DNA of 64,000 nucleotides from the human T2T-CHM13v2.0 reference genome, Homo sapiens, in NCBI RefSeq assembly GCF_009914755.1, contig NC_060927.1; one strand, 5' to 3'. The translations under genes were made by a program, and so were the position numbers. Position 1 is the first letter of the stretch, and every line of letters begins with the position of its first letter. Positions 17,364-34,557 of the stretch are shown here, piece after piece. The notes beneath the pieces were generated by a model, which had not been told where the DNA came from, did not search any database, and saw nothing but the letters and a program-made list of their open reading frames with translations.

Positions 17364-17568
17364 CTAACGGGAAGCAAGGCGTACGGTGAGGCCGGAGGCC
17401 GGAGCCGCAGCGCGGGAGGGACGGACCCGGCCTCGGCGCGCCGGGGATGGGGCTGCCGGGAACGCAGTGGCCGGGCCCGGCGCCGAGCTCCAGCGGGCAC
17501 GGGATCCCGAGGCGTCCGCGCAAGGCCGGGGGAGCCAGCGGGGGCTGAGGGAGAGGTGGAGTCGTTAC

Positions 17569-17714
17569 CAAAGGTTCTGCCCGTCCTCGTCGTCGCCTGC
17601 CGCGGCGCCACCGTTGCCCGACGCTATCTCGTTGCCCAAGGGGCCGCCAGTGTAAGTCGAGGATAATCCCGGCGGAGAAGAACCGAAGGAGCCGACTCGC
17701 CCCACGGCCGCCAT
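17569..17714 (-). CDS. DYNC1LI1: DYNC1LI1 coding exon 1 (146 nt)
   Basis: ATG at 17714-17712 translates MAAVGRVGSFGSSPPGLSSTYTGGPLGNEIASGNGGAAAGDDEDGQNL(W), the dynein LIC1 N-terminus; donor TG|GTAACG at 17568. Confidence 0.97.
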
Positions 17715-17718
17715 CTTG
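17707..17718 (-). promoter_or_regulatory. YY1/TISU element overlapping the start codon
   Basis: Minus strand reads CAAGATGGCGGC, an exact match to TISU SAASATGGCGGC and the YY1 consensus. Confidence 0.75.
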
Positions 17719-18849
17719 GTCGGGAATCACACCACTCCCGGCAAGACTAAATGTGCGAGGCGGCTGAGGCGGTGGCGGTGGAGGCGGCGGGAACCCGGAT
17801 ATGGGGCGTTCAGCGCACGGGAGCGGGGCGGGGCCTGCGGGGGCGGGGCCCCGGGCCGGGCCAGGACTGATGGAGCGAGCGAGAACGGACTGCGCGTGCG
17901 TGGCTGCCTGGCCGGCGCTGAGGGGCTGAGCGTACGCGGGCGGCGGGGTGGGCCGCTATGCTGCAACTGAAGCCCAGTGATCTGACAGTATGGAAGTGCT
18001 TTCCTTCCGCTCATCCGCGGCCCTGGGCTGCGGCAGGGGGGTTGGGTGTGTCAGGTGAAAAGTGCTCCCTCCCACCCTTCAGACAGGTCCCCAAACCCTG
18101 CGGCCTGCGCGGAATTCCTGCATTGTCATTGCCGGCCCACCCACTGTTCAGGCTGAGAGCGGTCCCCCGCCCAAACCGGCGCTTCGCCGGCGCCAAGATA
18201 GAAATGGGTCGCCCGGCTGGTAAAGAGGCTGCCCTGCAACCCTGGGCTGGAGTATTGCTGTGGTCCTGGATTTCTGGACTTTATTTGCGTTCTCAAGTGG
18301 CGAAGTGTTCCTCAACCTGGACCCACATCAGAAGCAGGTTCTCCGAGCCCCTAAGCAGCGGCGTGACAAAGTAATTGTTTACCCTGGAAATAGACTGTTA
18401 TTTTTTAAAAATTATTGTCAGGGCTTGCTTTAATGTTCTTAATGTTTTTGTATGAGATCCTCCATGTGAGATTTGAAAAGATCCACTATGCGGGTCATCT
18501 AACCGGTCACTAGACATTGATTCCACACTTACTACGTCGAGCACAGTTGACACTGGGAATACATGGATGGACTTATACTAGCCCTAAAATAACTCCTTTT
18601 CTATTAGAACTTTACTAGGTAAAGGTATTTGAATGTCTGAACTCCATGTTTAGAAGGAGTCATTGGTTTTAAGGCTCTGTCCTAGTACACCTGTAAGAGC
18701 ATTTGCTTAAAATTGCCTGGCCTTTGTATGTTATCTCTGTCACTTCATATTTGAAAATCACTTGCTAGAATATGGCCTGATCAATGCTGTTATGCTAGTG
18801 AGAAAATCCACAACTAAAGACTATTTGCTATATATTAGCATTACGGTTA

Positions 18850-19090
18850 GAAGTCTGGAAGCCTTTGGAGGCTGGCAAATCTGAGTTCAGGTCTAGCTCT
18901 TCGAGTTTACTGGCTGTGTAACCTTAGGCAATTTACTTAACCTCCGTGAGTCTCAGTTTCCTTATCTGTCAAATGAGGATAAAAGAACTTAGAGTTGTTA
19001 TTGAGATTAAACGGGATGATTCATGTAAAATGGCTTAGAATAACGACTGGCAAATCTTAAGCGCTTACCACATGTTAATTGTTATCAATG
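18850..19090 (+). mobile_element. MIR
   Basis: TGTGTAACCTTAGGCAATTTACTTAACCTC...CAGTTTCCTTATCTG. Confidence 0.75.
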
Positions 19091-19177
19091 ACTTTCTTTA
19101 CCTTTCACACCATTAATATCTGACCAACCTCTAGAAGTGATGGGCCTAAAGAACTCTTGGAGCTAAAATTCTTTGTC

Positions 19178-19485
<308 letters not shown>

Positions 19486-20285
19486 TTAAGAAAGGAACCA
19501 GAACCCTCCCCAGTAGTCCTACACTTTCTGTGGCACAAAGCAGGATGGAGACCCCCAGGAGAAGCTGAGTCTTTATGTTACTGTTCTAAAGGAGAGCTGT
19601 ATACTGCTCTTGGCCCCTCTGAAAGCCATTTTACTCTGTACTTTATTCTTTCAGTCATCTTCCTCAGAGCATTTTCCCCTCAATTTTGTTGTCAGTTCCA
19701 TATCATATTTGCTTAGTCTGAGAAGTGTTTACTTTTATAATAGTGTCAGGCTTCAACACCTCATGACTTCCAGATGCTCAACTACCCACCTAAATTGAGG
19801 TCAAAGTTGTATTCCTTGTGGTTTTATAATATCCCTATCCAGCATTCTTCCATTAAGGTGGCTGACAAAAGTGGTCATTTATGAATGCCTACTATGTGCC
19901 AGGCACTCTGTGTGTTGTATTTGCAATCCTCATACTTTGTAAGGGTCAGCAAAATTAAGTAACCTACCCCAGGTCACACAGATCAGAAGTTTATAGATAA
20001 GCTGAGATTTTTTACTGTCTAGTCTGTAAAATGACCTAGGCCAAACCATGTTAAAATAAATGTCCTCGTAATTTTAGATGCTATTCTGGTAAATACCTTC
20101 TGTGAAAACCTCTACATTACAAAAATAGGGAAGCTATATATTATGAGGAAGTCTATAAAAGGAAATAATTCATCAGTCCCTTGGAATTTTTGTTGCATAA
20201 ATGCTGTTTTATAATTGACCTGTTTTCTATACTATGATTGCTTTTTCTTTATTGCCCAATGTTTTCTTACATCTAAAATTAATAA

Positions 20286-20741
<456 letters not shown>

Positions 20742-20921
20742 TAGCCTGCTCCATTCTGAGTTGGTTATTCTGAAACTGAATACACAGCTGTCATCCTGTG
20801 ATCTTTCACCATTGTTCAGAAGATTCCCTTTGCCTCAATCTTGTGTCTTCTTGTTTTAGTGGAGAACTTCCCCCAATAGTTTTCTGATAAAAAGGCTCAC
20901 TGGTAAGTCTTTGGACACCAG

Positions 20922-21337
20922 TGTATCCAGTCAAGGTCAACCAGAGGAAAAATGGCATTCTTAAGGGGGTGCTAGAGGAAAGCTTAATAAAGGGACTGTT
21001 TACAAAGGTGTGAACAGTGTGAAGAGATAGGACTAGCAACAGCAGGAAGCCTTAGGCTTGAAAGGGATAGAGGAAGGAATGTTTACTAGAATCCAGAGAG
21101 AGATGCAGCTTATAGGAAAGGGTTGCCCACCAAGATTTATAGTCTTCAGTAAAGGAACACAGTATCCATCCCTTTCTTTCTGCCCCCTGGTCTCCCACCA
21201 GTGTTGCCCTTTGACCAAACCCAACCAGGAGCCAGAGGACAAGAGACCCAAGTGAAGCAATCCATGCAGGTCTACCTCCCTGAGCACAAAGTGGGAATAG
21301 AGAAGGATCTCAAGGGGCAAACAAGATATCTAGCACA
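20922..21337 (-). mobile_element. LTR33-like ERVL LTR
   Basis: Minus strand begins TGTGCTAGATATCTTGTTTGCCCC and ends ...TGGATACA. Confidence 0.6.
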
Positions 21338-21559
21338 CCTCCTGTGTTTGAAAATGCATTTAATCTACCCTCACTTAATAATAGTTTGGTTAAGTATAGA
21401 ATTCTTGAGTTACAAGCTATCTTCCCTTAGGTTTTTAAAGCCTTGGCCCCCTTATCTGTTAGATTCTAGTGTTACCATTGAGAAATCCAAAGCCATTCTG
21501 ATTTCTAAATCTTTGTTATGTGTTCTTTTTTCTCCTTATTGGAATCCTTTGCAACTTCT

Positions 21560-23681
<2,122 letters not shown>

Positions 23682-23844
23682 CCTACTTGTTACCAGTGTT
23701 CCAAAATTTTAGAATGGGGGGTGTGTGTGTGGGCACGTGTGCACATGCTTGTGTGTGTGTGTTTAAGAGAAGAAGATAAAAATTCTTCATTCTAACACCT
23801 GAAAGCAGGAGCTCTCTTTTATGATATTTTAACCATTAAATTAA

Positions 23845-24366
23845 TTTATTTAGAGACAGGGTCTTTCTCTGTTGCTCAGGCTGGAGTGCTGTGGGACAAT
23901 CATGGCTCACTGTAATTTTGAGCCCTGGGGCTTAAGTGAACCTCCTGCCTCAGCCTCCTGAGTAGCTAGGACTATACCTGTGTGCCACCATGTTCCAGCT
24001 CATTTTTTTTTTAGACAAGGTCACACTATCATCCAGGCTGGAATGCAGTGACCTGATCTCAGCTTACCGCAACCTCGACCTCCTGGACTCAAGTGATCCT
24101 CCCACCTCAGCCTCCTGAGTAACTGGGACTACAGGTGCAAGCCACCACGCCCAGCTAATTTTCAAAGTTTTTATAGAGACAGGGTTTTGCTTTGTTACCC
24201 AGGCTGATTTTTGTTTGTTTGTTTTGTTTTGTTTTGTTTTGTTTTGGTAGAGAGAAGTTCTCACTATGTTACCCAGGCTTGTCTCAAACTCCTGGACTCA
24301 AGCCATCTTCCTGTCTTAGCCTCTCAAAGCACTGGGATTACAAACATGAGCCATCACACCCAGCCT
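23845..24366 (-). mobile_element. Composite AluJ cluster (extra right arm, internal (GTTTT)n)
   Basis: Tandem Alu arms. Confidence 0.75.
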
Positions 24367-25524
24367 TAACCATTTTAAAAATATAAATCACTTAAAAGTA
24401 TATTACACACCCCACTCCTTTCCTATTTTAACAAGTTATATAAATATAGATTTATGTTTTCCTGAAGGCCCTTGGCTTCCTTAGGCTCATCAATAATACT
24501 ACCGTGTTAAATCTGGGAAGTGCTTAGGTCCTACTGGGATTCCCCGGGTGTATCCCAGATGGCTCTGCCTTTTAGTTTGGTTTCTAATTCAGCTGAGACT
24601 CAGGGCTTGTAAGTGGGAAATGGAACACTAGCCAAAAGTGAGACAGCTCCTCCTCTCTCCAGCTTCCTGTCTCCCAAGAGCTACACGTCTCTCCTCTCTG
24701 CTTGCTTCTCTTCTCTCCTCTCTCTCTGTCGACCAGCGTCCTCTGCAAACTCATCAGCTTTCTCAAGGTCACATTGGGTATTTCTCTATCTCAAGAAAAG
24801 TGATCACTGGACAGACACAAGAGCTCTGCAGAAAACTAGTTTGACTGGGAGGGGAACTTTCCGTAGGTCTGGAGGTGGGTACTGCAGAACCACTTCCTCT
24901 TTCTTTTGGGGATGCCTCCTTCTCTGTTTGGGAACCAAAACAAGGCAGCTACCACTTGGGCTGCTTCCTATTATATCAGTTCCACAGGCTGCCACAAGCA
25001 GATTTTCAAATAAAACCTGCTTCACCCATGGTGCCAAATGCTGGCAGTCACAGTTGATATAAATGCTGGCTGAAAAGCCAAAATCAAAAGAAAAAGGAAG
25101 TAAGCAAGATGAGTGGACCCTTAAAGTTTCACTCTGAGCAATTCAAATGATAGCGTTGAAAAGGACTTCAGAGTTTAAATAGTCCCATCCTCTACACAAT
25201 ATGTGAATCTTTTTTTTTGGTAACATTCCTGACATTTGAGACAAACTGATAATGCTAGAATTTGCAGAGTCCTTGCTAGCCGTCTCTCCCAGCAGACCCA
25301 ACCAGGGATCCCATTAAAGACGAGCAAACACCCACGGTTGCTTATATTTGCTTTCCTTTGAGTCATGTTTTTCTCATTCTAAGTACCTCCTTAGAATGAA
25401 TGAAATGATGGGTATCTAATTCATTTTGCAGTCACCAGCCCCTCTAATTACAGACCTATCCTTCCTCTTGCTTCTCACCTAGGGATTTTTATCAAGTGGA
25501 CCCTCACAGAACATCATATCTTAG

Positions 25525-26786
25525 TGAGAGGTGACAGCGTGCTGGCAGCTCTCGCTCGCTCTCGGCACCTCCTCTGCCTGGACTCCCACTTTGGTGGCAC
25601 TTGAGGAGCCCTTCAGCCCACCGCTGCACTGTAGGAGCCCCCTTCTGGGCTGGCCAAGGCCGGAGCTGGCTCCCTCAGCTTGCAGGGAGGTATGGAGGGA
25701 GAGGCGCGAGCGGGAACCGGGGCTGCGCGCAGCGCTTGCAGGCCAGCTGGAGTTCCGGGTGGGCGTGGGCTTGGCGGGCCCCGCACTCGGAGCAGCCGGC
25801 CGGCCCTGCTGGCCGGGCAATGAGGGGCTTAGCACCTGGGCCAGCGGCTGCGGAGGGTGTGCTGGGTCCCCCAGCAGTGCCGGCCCACCGGCGCTGTGCT
25901 TGATTTCTCGCCGGTCCTTAGCTGCCTTCTCTCAGGGCAGGCCTCGGGACCTGCCGCCCACCATGCCTGAGCCTTCCCGACGAGCGCTGCCCCCTGCTCC
26001 CCGACGCCCAGTCCCATCGACCACCCAAGGGCTGAGGAGTGAAGGCGCAGGCGCAGGACTGGCAGGCAGCTCCACCTGCGGCCCCAGTGGGGGATCCACT
26101 GGGTGAAGCCAGCTGGGCTCCTGAGTCTGGTGGGGATTTGGAGAACATTTATGTCTAGCTAAGGGATTGTAAATACACCAATTGGCACTCTGTATCTAGC
26201 TCAAAGTTTGTAAACACACCAATCAGCACCCTGTGTCTAGCTCAGGGTTTGTGAATGCACCAATGGACACTCTGTATCTAGCTAATCTAGTGGGGGGCCT
26301 GGAGAACTTTTGTATCTAGCTCGGGGATTGTAAATGCACCAATCAGCAGCCTGTCAAAACAGACCAATCAGCTCTCTGTAAAACAGACCAATCAGCTCTC
26401 TGTAAAATGGACCAATCAGCAGGATGTGGGTGGGGCCAGATAAGAGAATAAAAGCAGGCTGCCCAAGCCTGTAGTGGTAACCCACTCGGGTTTGATTGCA
26501 TACTGGGGAAGCTTTGTTTTTTCCTTCTTTGCAATAAATGTTGTTGTTGCTCACTTTTTGGGTGCGTGCTGTGTTTATGAACTGTAACACTTACTGCGGA
26601 GGTTTACAGCTTCCTTTCTGAAGTCAGTGAGACCGTGAACCCAGCAGAAGGAGGAAACTGTCTCAGCATCCGAATGTCACAACGAGCAAATCCACGTGCG
26701 GCGCCTTTATGAGCTGTAACACTCACTGTGAGGGTCCACGGCTTCTTTAAGTCAGTGAGACGAAGAACCTGTCAATTCCAGACACA
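25525..26786 (+). mobile_element. Solo LTR12C-like (ERV9) LTR
   Basis: Starts TGAGAGGTGACAGCGTGCTGGC and ends GACACA. CpG-rich U3, tandem CCAAT repeats 26178-26417, GATAAGAGAATAAAAGC promoter motif ~26439-26455, AATAAA at 26533, 4-bp TSD TTAG/TCAG. Confidence 0.93.
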
Positions 26787-26874
26787 TCAGCACAGAGAGA
26801 TGGAGAAATACCTAAAAGAAAGTAGAAATAGACTCTTTTAACGTGTTTGTTTTTTCAGAGAAACCGCCAGAAAG

Positions 26875-27600
<726 letters not shown>

Positions 27601-28809
27601 AAGAAATTGCTTTTCATTGGCTTAGAAATGTATCATTGAGAAATAACCGTCTCTGAATATATATTTTTTAATTCCAGGATAAGGTAATAGTAGAATTGCC
27701 TTTCATTTCAGACTGAACTTCTCACCACAATATCCATATTCATTCTTGGAAAATGGATGATGAATGGAAGGATAGTAACCTATAAAATCAACTCATACAG
27801 CAGCTTGAGTGGGCAAATTATGTTAATGTTAAGTGAGATGCACAGGGAAAGCAAAGACACTTGTCTTTTAGGCTGGAAGCATTCTTTAAGTGTTTTAATT
27901 ATCTACTTACACATTTTTCAATACTAAACAGATAGGAATTTTAGGGTGCTTAGTTATCATTGTTTTAATCTATTCTTTGCCACTAAAAAGAAGAAAGAAA
28001 AAGGTCCACTGACTAATGTATTGTTAATTGCATATTTATTATACATATTTTTGGAGGATCTAATTTTCTTGTAATCAAATACTCCGAAGTTCAAGTCCAT
28101 TACCTTTATTTAGTGATTTTAGTACCACTTAGTTCTCAGATTTCCAGTGTTACACTCTACTGCCCTCTTTGCTTCCTAAAGGAAAAGATATTTAATAACT
28201 AATTTTATAGATTGAGATCTGCCAACACTAGGTCACAAAGGTAATTAAGTTTTTCTTCTTTGGAGGCTCTGCGTTAGGCAAAAAAGGGAAAAAATATAAT
28301 TCTCTGGTATTTTTAGAAATGTGCTATCTTTTGTAGCTGTAGGTGATTTCATATTCATATCAATTTAGTCTACTTTAGTCTAGAGCTAATTATGACTTCT
28401 TGTTGCTTTTACTAAAAGTAAGCCTAGAATTATAGTCTATTATATTCTCCACCAACCAAAACATTATGTATGTTTCTTTTTTCCTCACACGGGAAAGTGA
28501 ATGAAAGAATTGCCCAGTGGGAATTTTTTATAAGCAAAATAAATCCATTCTTTTACACCATACAATGTTACAAAGTTGTTTATTTGAAGATATTTAAGGA
28601 GATTCTAAGGATCCTAAACTTTTTGCTACTGGGAACAAAAAGTTAAAGTTGACTAGTAATGTGAAAGTGGAATCCAGAAGCACTTTGTCTTTTATGATCC
28701 TTCCTTAGTAAATCCCAGGATTATTTTGAGGGGTCAGCTTCATCCTATATTCAGTTCACCTATTGGTAAATGAGGACTATCCAGATAAACTACTGGAATT
28801 TTCACTCTG

Positions 28810-29004
28810 ATATATACATATATATGTAAAATTTTCATCCTGATATACATATATAAAAATATATATCAATATAATATAGATATAATATGTATGTAAAAAT
28901 ATATCAATATAATATATAGATATATATTAATATATTTATCTGAAATACATACAAATATATATAAATATCTATCTCTATATAGATATATAGAGATAGATAG
29001 ATAG
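28810..29004. repeat. AT-rich (TA)/(GATA) low-complexity tract
   Basis: Directly visible. Confidence 0.85.
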
Positions 29005-29312
<308 letters not shown>

Positions 29313-29732
29313 TGAATCAAATTATGTTAATGTTAAATTGAGGAACATGGCAGTTAATTTGCATTATTTAGATGATACAGAATGTTTGCATTTAATGTTT
29401 GTGGTAAGGGTAATGGCTTATACAGTCCATGCTCCACAATCAGATGAAGGTGAGTTCAAATTTAGACTCCTGCCACTTACTAGCTCTGTGTCATTGGAGC
29501 TGCTTAAATGCTAAAGCGTGTTTCCTCAACTCTAATACAGTTCTTCTGAGGAATAAACAACCACACAAATCTGACACATAGCAGGAACTCAATAGATGTT
29601 AGCAGAAATGTTTACTGTTATTTTTATTTGAGATAAATGTATAAGGCTATTTTTTAGTGCACAGTTTATCAATTTTAAATGGTTTAAATGTGCACACAGA
29701 TACCCTGGGATCCTCATTAAAATGCAGATTCG

Positions 29733-30042
29733 GGCTGGGTATGGTGGCTCATGCCTGTAATCCCAGCACTTTGGGAGGCTGAGGTGGGTGGATCACTTGA
29801 GGCTGGGAGTTGGAGACCAGCCTGGCCAACATAGCGAAATCCCATCTCTACTAAAAATACAAAAATTAGCCCAGCATAGTGGCACACACCTGTAGTCCTT
29901 GCTACTCAGGAGGCTGAGGCAAGAATCGCTTGAACCTAGGACGGGGAGGTTGGTTGCAGTGAGCCAAGATCCTGCCACTGCACTCCAGTTTTTTAAGACA
30001 GCAAGACTCTGTCTTAAAAAAACAAAACAAACAAACAAACAA
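29733..30042 (+). mobile_element. AluS inserted in a MER5A-like element (~29680-30140)
   Basis: TSD TGCAGATTC; MER5 motif GATTCTGATTCAG...GGGGTGGGGTCTGAG. Confidence 0.8.
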
Positions 30043-30288
30043 AGTGCAGATTCTGATTCAGTTGGACTGGGGTGGGGTCTGAGGTTCTTCATCTCTAACA
30101 GGCCTCCAGGTGGACATTCATATCACTGAATGCAGAACACGGTTACACAATAGAAAGAACATAAGCTTTGGATTTATCCTTCTATGAACTGGAATCCCAG
30201 TGAGCTATGTGACCTTGTCAAGGTCAAACTTCCTTCTCTCCAAGAGGGAGATAATAATATCTATTTCTATTTAAATCAATTTTCATCA

Positions 30289-30748
<460 letters not shown>

Positions 30749-31225
30749 CTAAAAGAATGGAAAATTCCAATTTCCTTTGAAAACTTCTTAGAATTCTAAC
30801 TTGATGAAATCAACATCAACATTGGTTTAAAAGTTTGTCATTGCATAGCAAGCAAATCATTTCATACCAGATGGCGTGCAAACAGACTGGGAAAATGCCC
30901 CAGGCAAGCAATGGGACTCGGAGTCAGAGGGATTTCTGCAGGAATGTATAACTGAGAAAAGGGGCTAATTCTGAAGCTTTTTATTTTACTATTATTTTCT
31001 TCTACCCTTTTTATTATGGAAAATTTCAAACATAAAAGTACAGAGGGTGATATAATGAACCCCACATACCCATCATTCAGCTTTGGTAGTTATCAGCACA
31101 TGGCCAATCTTTAGTTTGCCTTCCTCCCTCTTCCTCCATCTCTGAATTATTTTAAAGCAAATTCAAGACATAGTATTTGATCTATAAATATTGCAATGCA
31201 TATCTTTAAAAAAACAAGGACTCTT

Positions 31226-31530
31226 GGCCGGGTGCAGTGGCTCAGGCCAGCACTTTGGGAGGCTGAGGTGGGTGGATCACGAGGTCAGGAGTTTGAGACC
31301 AGCCTGACCAACACTGTGAAACCCTGTCTCTACTAAAAATACAAAAATTAGCTGGGCATGGTGGCACATGCCTATAATCCCACCTACTCTGGAGGCTAAG
31401 GCAGGAGAATCACTTGAACCCAGGAGGAGAGGTTGCAGTGAGCCGAGATTGCACCACTGCACTCCAGCCTGGGCGACAGAGCGAGACTCTGTCTCAAAAA
31501 AGAAGTAAATAAGTAAATAAATAAAATTTT
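31226..31530 (+). mobile_element. AluSg/Sc-like within an old L1 3' end
   Basis: TSD AAGGACTCTT. Confidence 0.85.
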
Positions 31531-32255
31531 AAAAAAGGACTCTTCCTTTAAAAAAATAACCATAATACTGTTATAATAATTCATTCAAAAATAACATTGA
31601 ATTTATAGTATATATTTTAATTATCATCCAATTTTATTAGGCAATGAGATAACTATTAAAGTAGAATTCAAAATAACCCAACACTTAAGAACAAGGTAAA
31701 TACACTTGTTCCCTGAACATTGCTGTTATCAAGGAGGGCAGAACAGTCATTGTCTTATCAGCAGCAATGACATTCATGGCATCCCTCCTCTCACTGCTCC
31801 AGCTGGTTCCTAACTGGTCTGCCAACTCTAGGTCTCGATTACATCCTTAAAATTGTCCCTTGCATTCTGAGCCCTCCCAGCTTAATTATCTCTGACAGAA
31901 ACAAACTGCCTTTAACTTTTGCCAGGAGCAGGGCACCCCTGGCAAGCTGATCTGAACTCTAGGCTTTCCAAAAGTGCTTAGAGTTCTAGGATCTCATAAA
32001 ATACTAGAGCTGGAAGGGACTTCATAGTTCAGCTACTAGAAAAAAACCAAGGGGCAAGAGTGTTAAATAGCTTGCTTTGCCTCATAATTACCCAAAAGCC
32101 TCTCAAAATAAAGGCAAAGTATTATGTGTCTAAACTGACCTTTCTGTGTGGTAAAATTTCAAGGAATTTCTTCTATTATTTTACAATATTTGGTTATCCT
32201 TTCTTGAGTTAGCTCATTGAAATCCTTCTTGAACCCACATAAAATTTCCATTCCA

Positions 32256-32570
32256 ATTTTTATTTTATTGATTGATTGATTGACTGATTGAGACAGGGTT
32301 TTGCTGTATTGCTCAGGCCAGAGTGCAGTGGTGCGATCTTGGCTCACTGCAACCTCTGCCTCCTGGGCTCAAGCCATGCTCCTACCTCAGCCTCCCGAAT
32401 AGCTGAGACTACAGGCACGCACCACCACGCCCGGCCAATTTATGTATTTTTAGTAGAGACAGGGTTTTACCATGTTGCCCAGGCTGGTCTCAAACTCCTG
32501 AGCTCAAGCTATCCACCCCTCAGCCTCCCAAAGTGCTGGGATTACAGTTATGACCCACTGTGTCCCACCT
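32256..32570 (-). mobile_element. AluJ
   Basis: Reverse dimer with (TTGA)n tail. Confidence 0.85.
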
Positions 32571-33941
32571 CAATTTTTATTTATAAACTATTTCACATAT
32601 ACAACTACTAAAAATAAGGTAATATACACCTATTAATATATTAATACACACATTATACAAAATAAATATAATATCACCATAGAAAATCTTTTCCTCTTGA
32701 TTTTTTTTTAATTGAGGACACTAATCTGCCAGCTCTTAAAATTTTTTAAAGAAAGCTCATTCTACTCCCATTCTTTTCCAATCCCTTCTTCCTTAGAGAT
32801 AGTCTTTATCTTAAAAATAGATGAATTTCATTCTCATGCAGATGTATGTTTATACATTCAATTGTTTTGCATGTTTTTAATTTTTACATGTAGGAGACAC
32901 TGTACGTGCATTTTACAAATTGCCTTTTTCGCTCTATATTATGTTTTCAAGACTGAGCCATATGGATACAGAGGTGAATCATAGATCATTCATTGTAATT
33001 GCTATGTAGAATTCTACAGCATGAATAAGCCGCAGTTTATTTAATCTACTCTCCTCCAATAGGAATAATTAGGTTGTTCTATTAGACAATTCTGTTACAC
33101 TTATCACTAGGTACCCTGTACTTTTTGCAGCTAGGCTAAATGGCATCTTTGCAAATACCACATACTTATAATTGTTGATCGCTGGTGCAACCAACATGCT
33201 ATTGATGTTTGTATATTGATCTTGTATGTTTATTTTGCTGAACTATTTTATTCATTCCAATAGCTTATCTCTCAGTAGATTTTCTTGTGGGGGAATGGTG
33301 ATCAACTTACTGAGCTCACCATTTTCTTAATATCTTTTATTATAATAAAATAGAGAAATTTGGATTTATTAGAATTCTAGGAGAAGGGGTGACTTGAAAG
33401 CTAGAGTAATACGGAAGCTGATGGAACTGTTCCTCTTGAAAGAAGCAGCCAGAGCTGGGGAACTGCTCACCGAAACCCTCATGTACAGAGAACATAAGGG
33501 CTTTTGAAATGGAGTAACATGAGGAACTAGCCGGGGGCCCCATGAGATGGCAGATGGCTGCATAATCTGTAATGTGACCCCTCCTCTGTGTCTTAACATT
33601 TTTAGTAAAAATGGAAAATGGTCACATGCTTGGTCTCAATGATCTTTTCTCAGGTACTATAAAGAGATGTGGCTCTGTATATAATGTACATGATGCAGGG
33701 ACCATAGAACTGCAATAGCCTTGTGACCACCAAGGCCAGGATCCAAACAAGCCTAAGAAAGTGGATTCTGAAATCTTGGAGAGGGACTGGAACTGCTCAG
33801 GCTTGGGAAATGGGATTCAAACCAAGTTTCCTAAACTTTAAGAGCAGGAAATCTCCCAAATGATATTTGGGTTTCCATCAACAGCCATCTGATTTGTATG
33901 CTTTCCATGTGGAATATACAATGTAAAAAGACAAGGTTCCG

Positions 33942-34248
33942 TTTTGTTTTGTTTTTTGGAGACAGTCTTGCTAGAGACTCTGCTGGAGTGCAGTGGCACA
34001 GTCATAGCTTCCTGTAGCCTCCAAATCCTAGGCCCAAGCAATCCTCCCACCTCAGCCTCCCAAGTAGCCAGTATTACAGGCCCATGCCACCACATCTGGC
34101 TAATTTTTTTTTTTTTTTTTTTTTTTTTTTGGTAGAGACAGGATCTTGCTTTGTTGCCCAGCTGGTCTTGAACTCCTGGCTTCAAGTGCTCCTTCTGCCT
34201 CAGCCTCCCAAAGTGTTGGGATTACAGGTGTGAGCCACTGTGCCTGCC
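33942..34248 (-). mobile_element. AluJ
   Basis: Reverse dimer with an expanded linker T-run. Confidence 0.85.
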
Positions 34249-34557
34249 CTTCACTATTTAAAAATATATATATTATTTCAAATTTTGACTTTGTTAATTC
34301 TTTGGCCTTCCATGAAATTATAGTGTTTGTAATCAGAGAAGTATGAAAAGAAGTATCATCTTCAAATTGCCTCCTCTGTGGTTTGTCATAAAGGCAAAAT
34401 ATTGTTACTAGATTCATATCCTGTGGGCCCTCTACACATTTAATGAATTATAGCCATATGTTATCTAAATGAATAATAATATATGTACCGGATAATAAAT
34501 AAATGATAATGTAGATTAGTTTATCCTTTTAACCCACTGCTATCAAGGAGATGATAG

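Larger units (their letters stand above)
16990..18370. promoter_or_regulatory. CpG island / TATA-less DYNC1LI1 promoter
   Basis: Very GC- and CpG-dense. GC boxes (GGGGCGGGGC) at ~17825 and ~17840 and in intron 2 (~17176, ~17262); NRF1-like TGCGCGTGCG at 17891-17900; spans exons 1-2. Confidence 0.92.

Noticed and set aside
16975-18374. Long GC-rich ORFs (251, 164, 138, 114 aa) around the promoter
   Set aside because: Stop-poor CpG-island frames, mostly with non-ATG starts; only the spliced DYNC1LI1 exons match a known protein.
17760-18380. Divergent head-to-head protein-coding gene
   Set aside because: No recognizable CDS or strong exon on the + strand; only generic promoter-antisense transcription is plausible.
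26150-26420. Regularly spaced ~40-bp repeats superficially resembling a CRISPR array
   Set aside because: These are LTR12 CCAAT enhancer tandem repeats, with no unique spacers or cas genes, in eukaryotic DNA.
25521-26590. 191-aa and other ORFs
   Set aside because: Chance frames in the GC-rich LTR12 U3 region.
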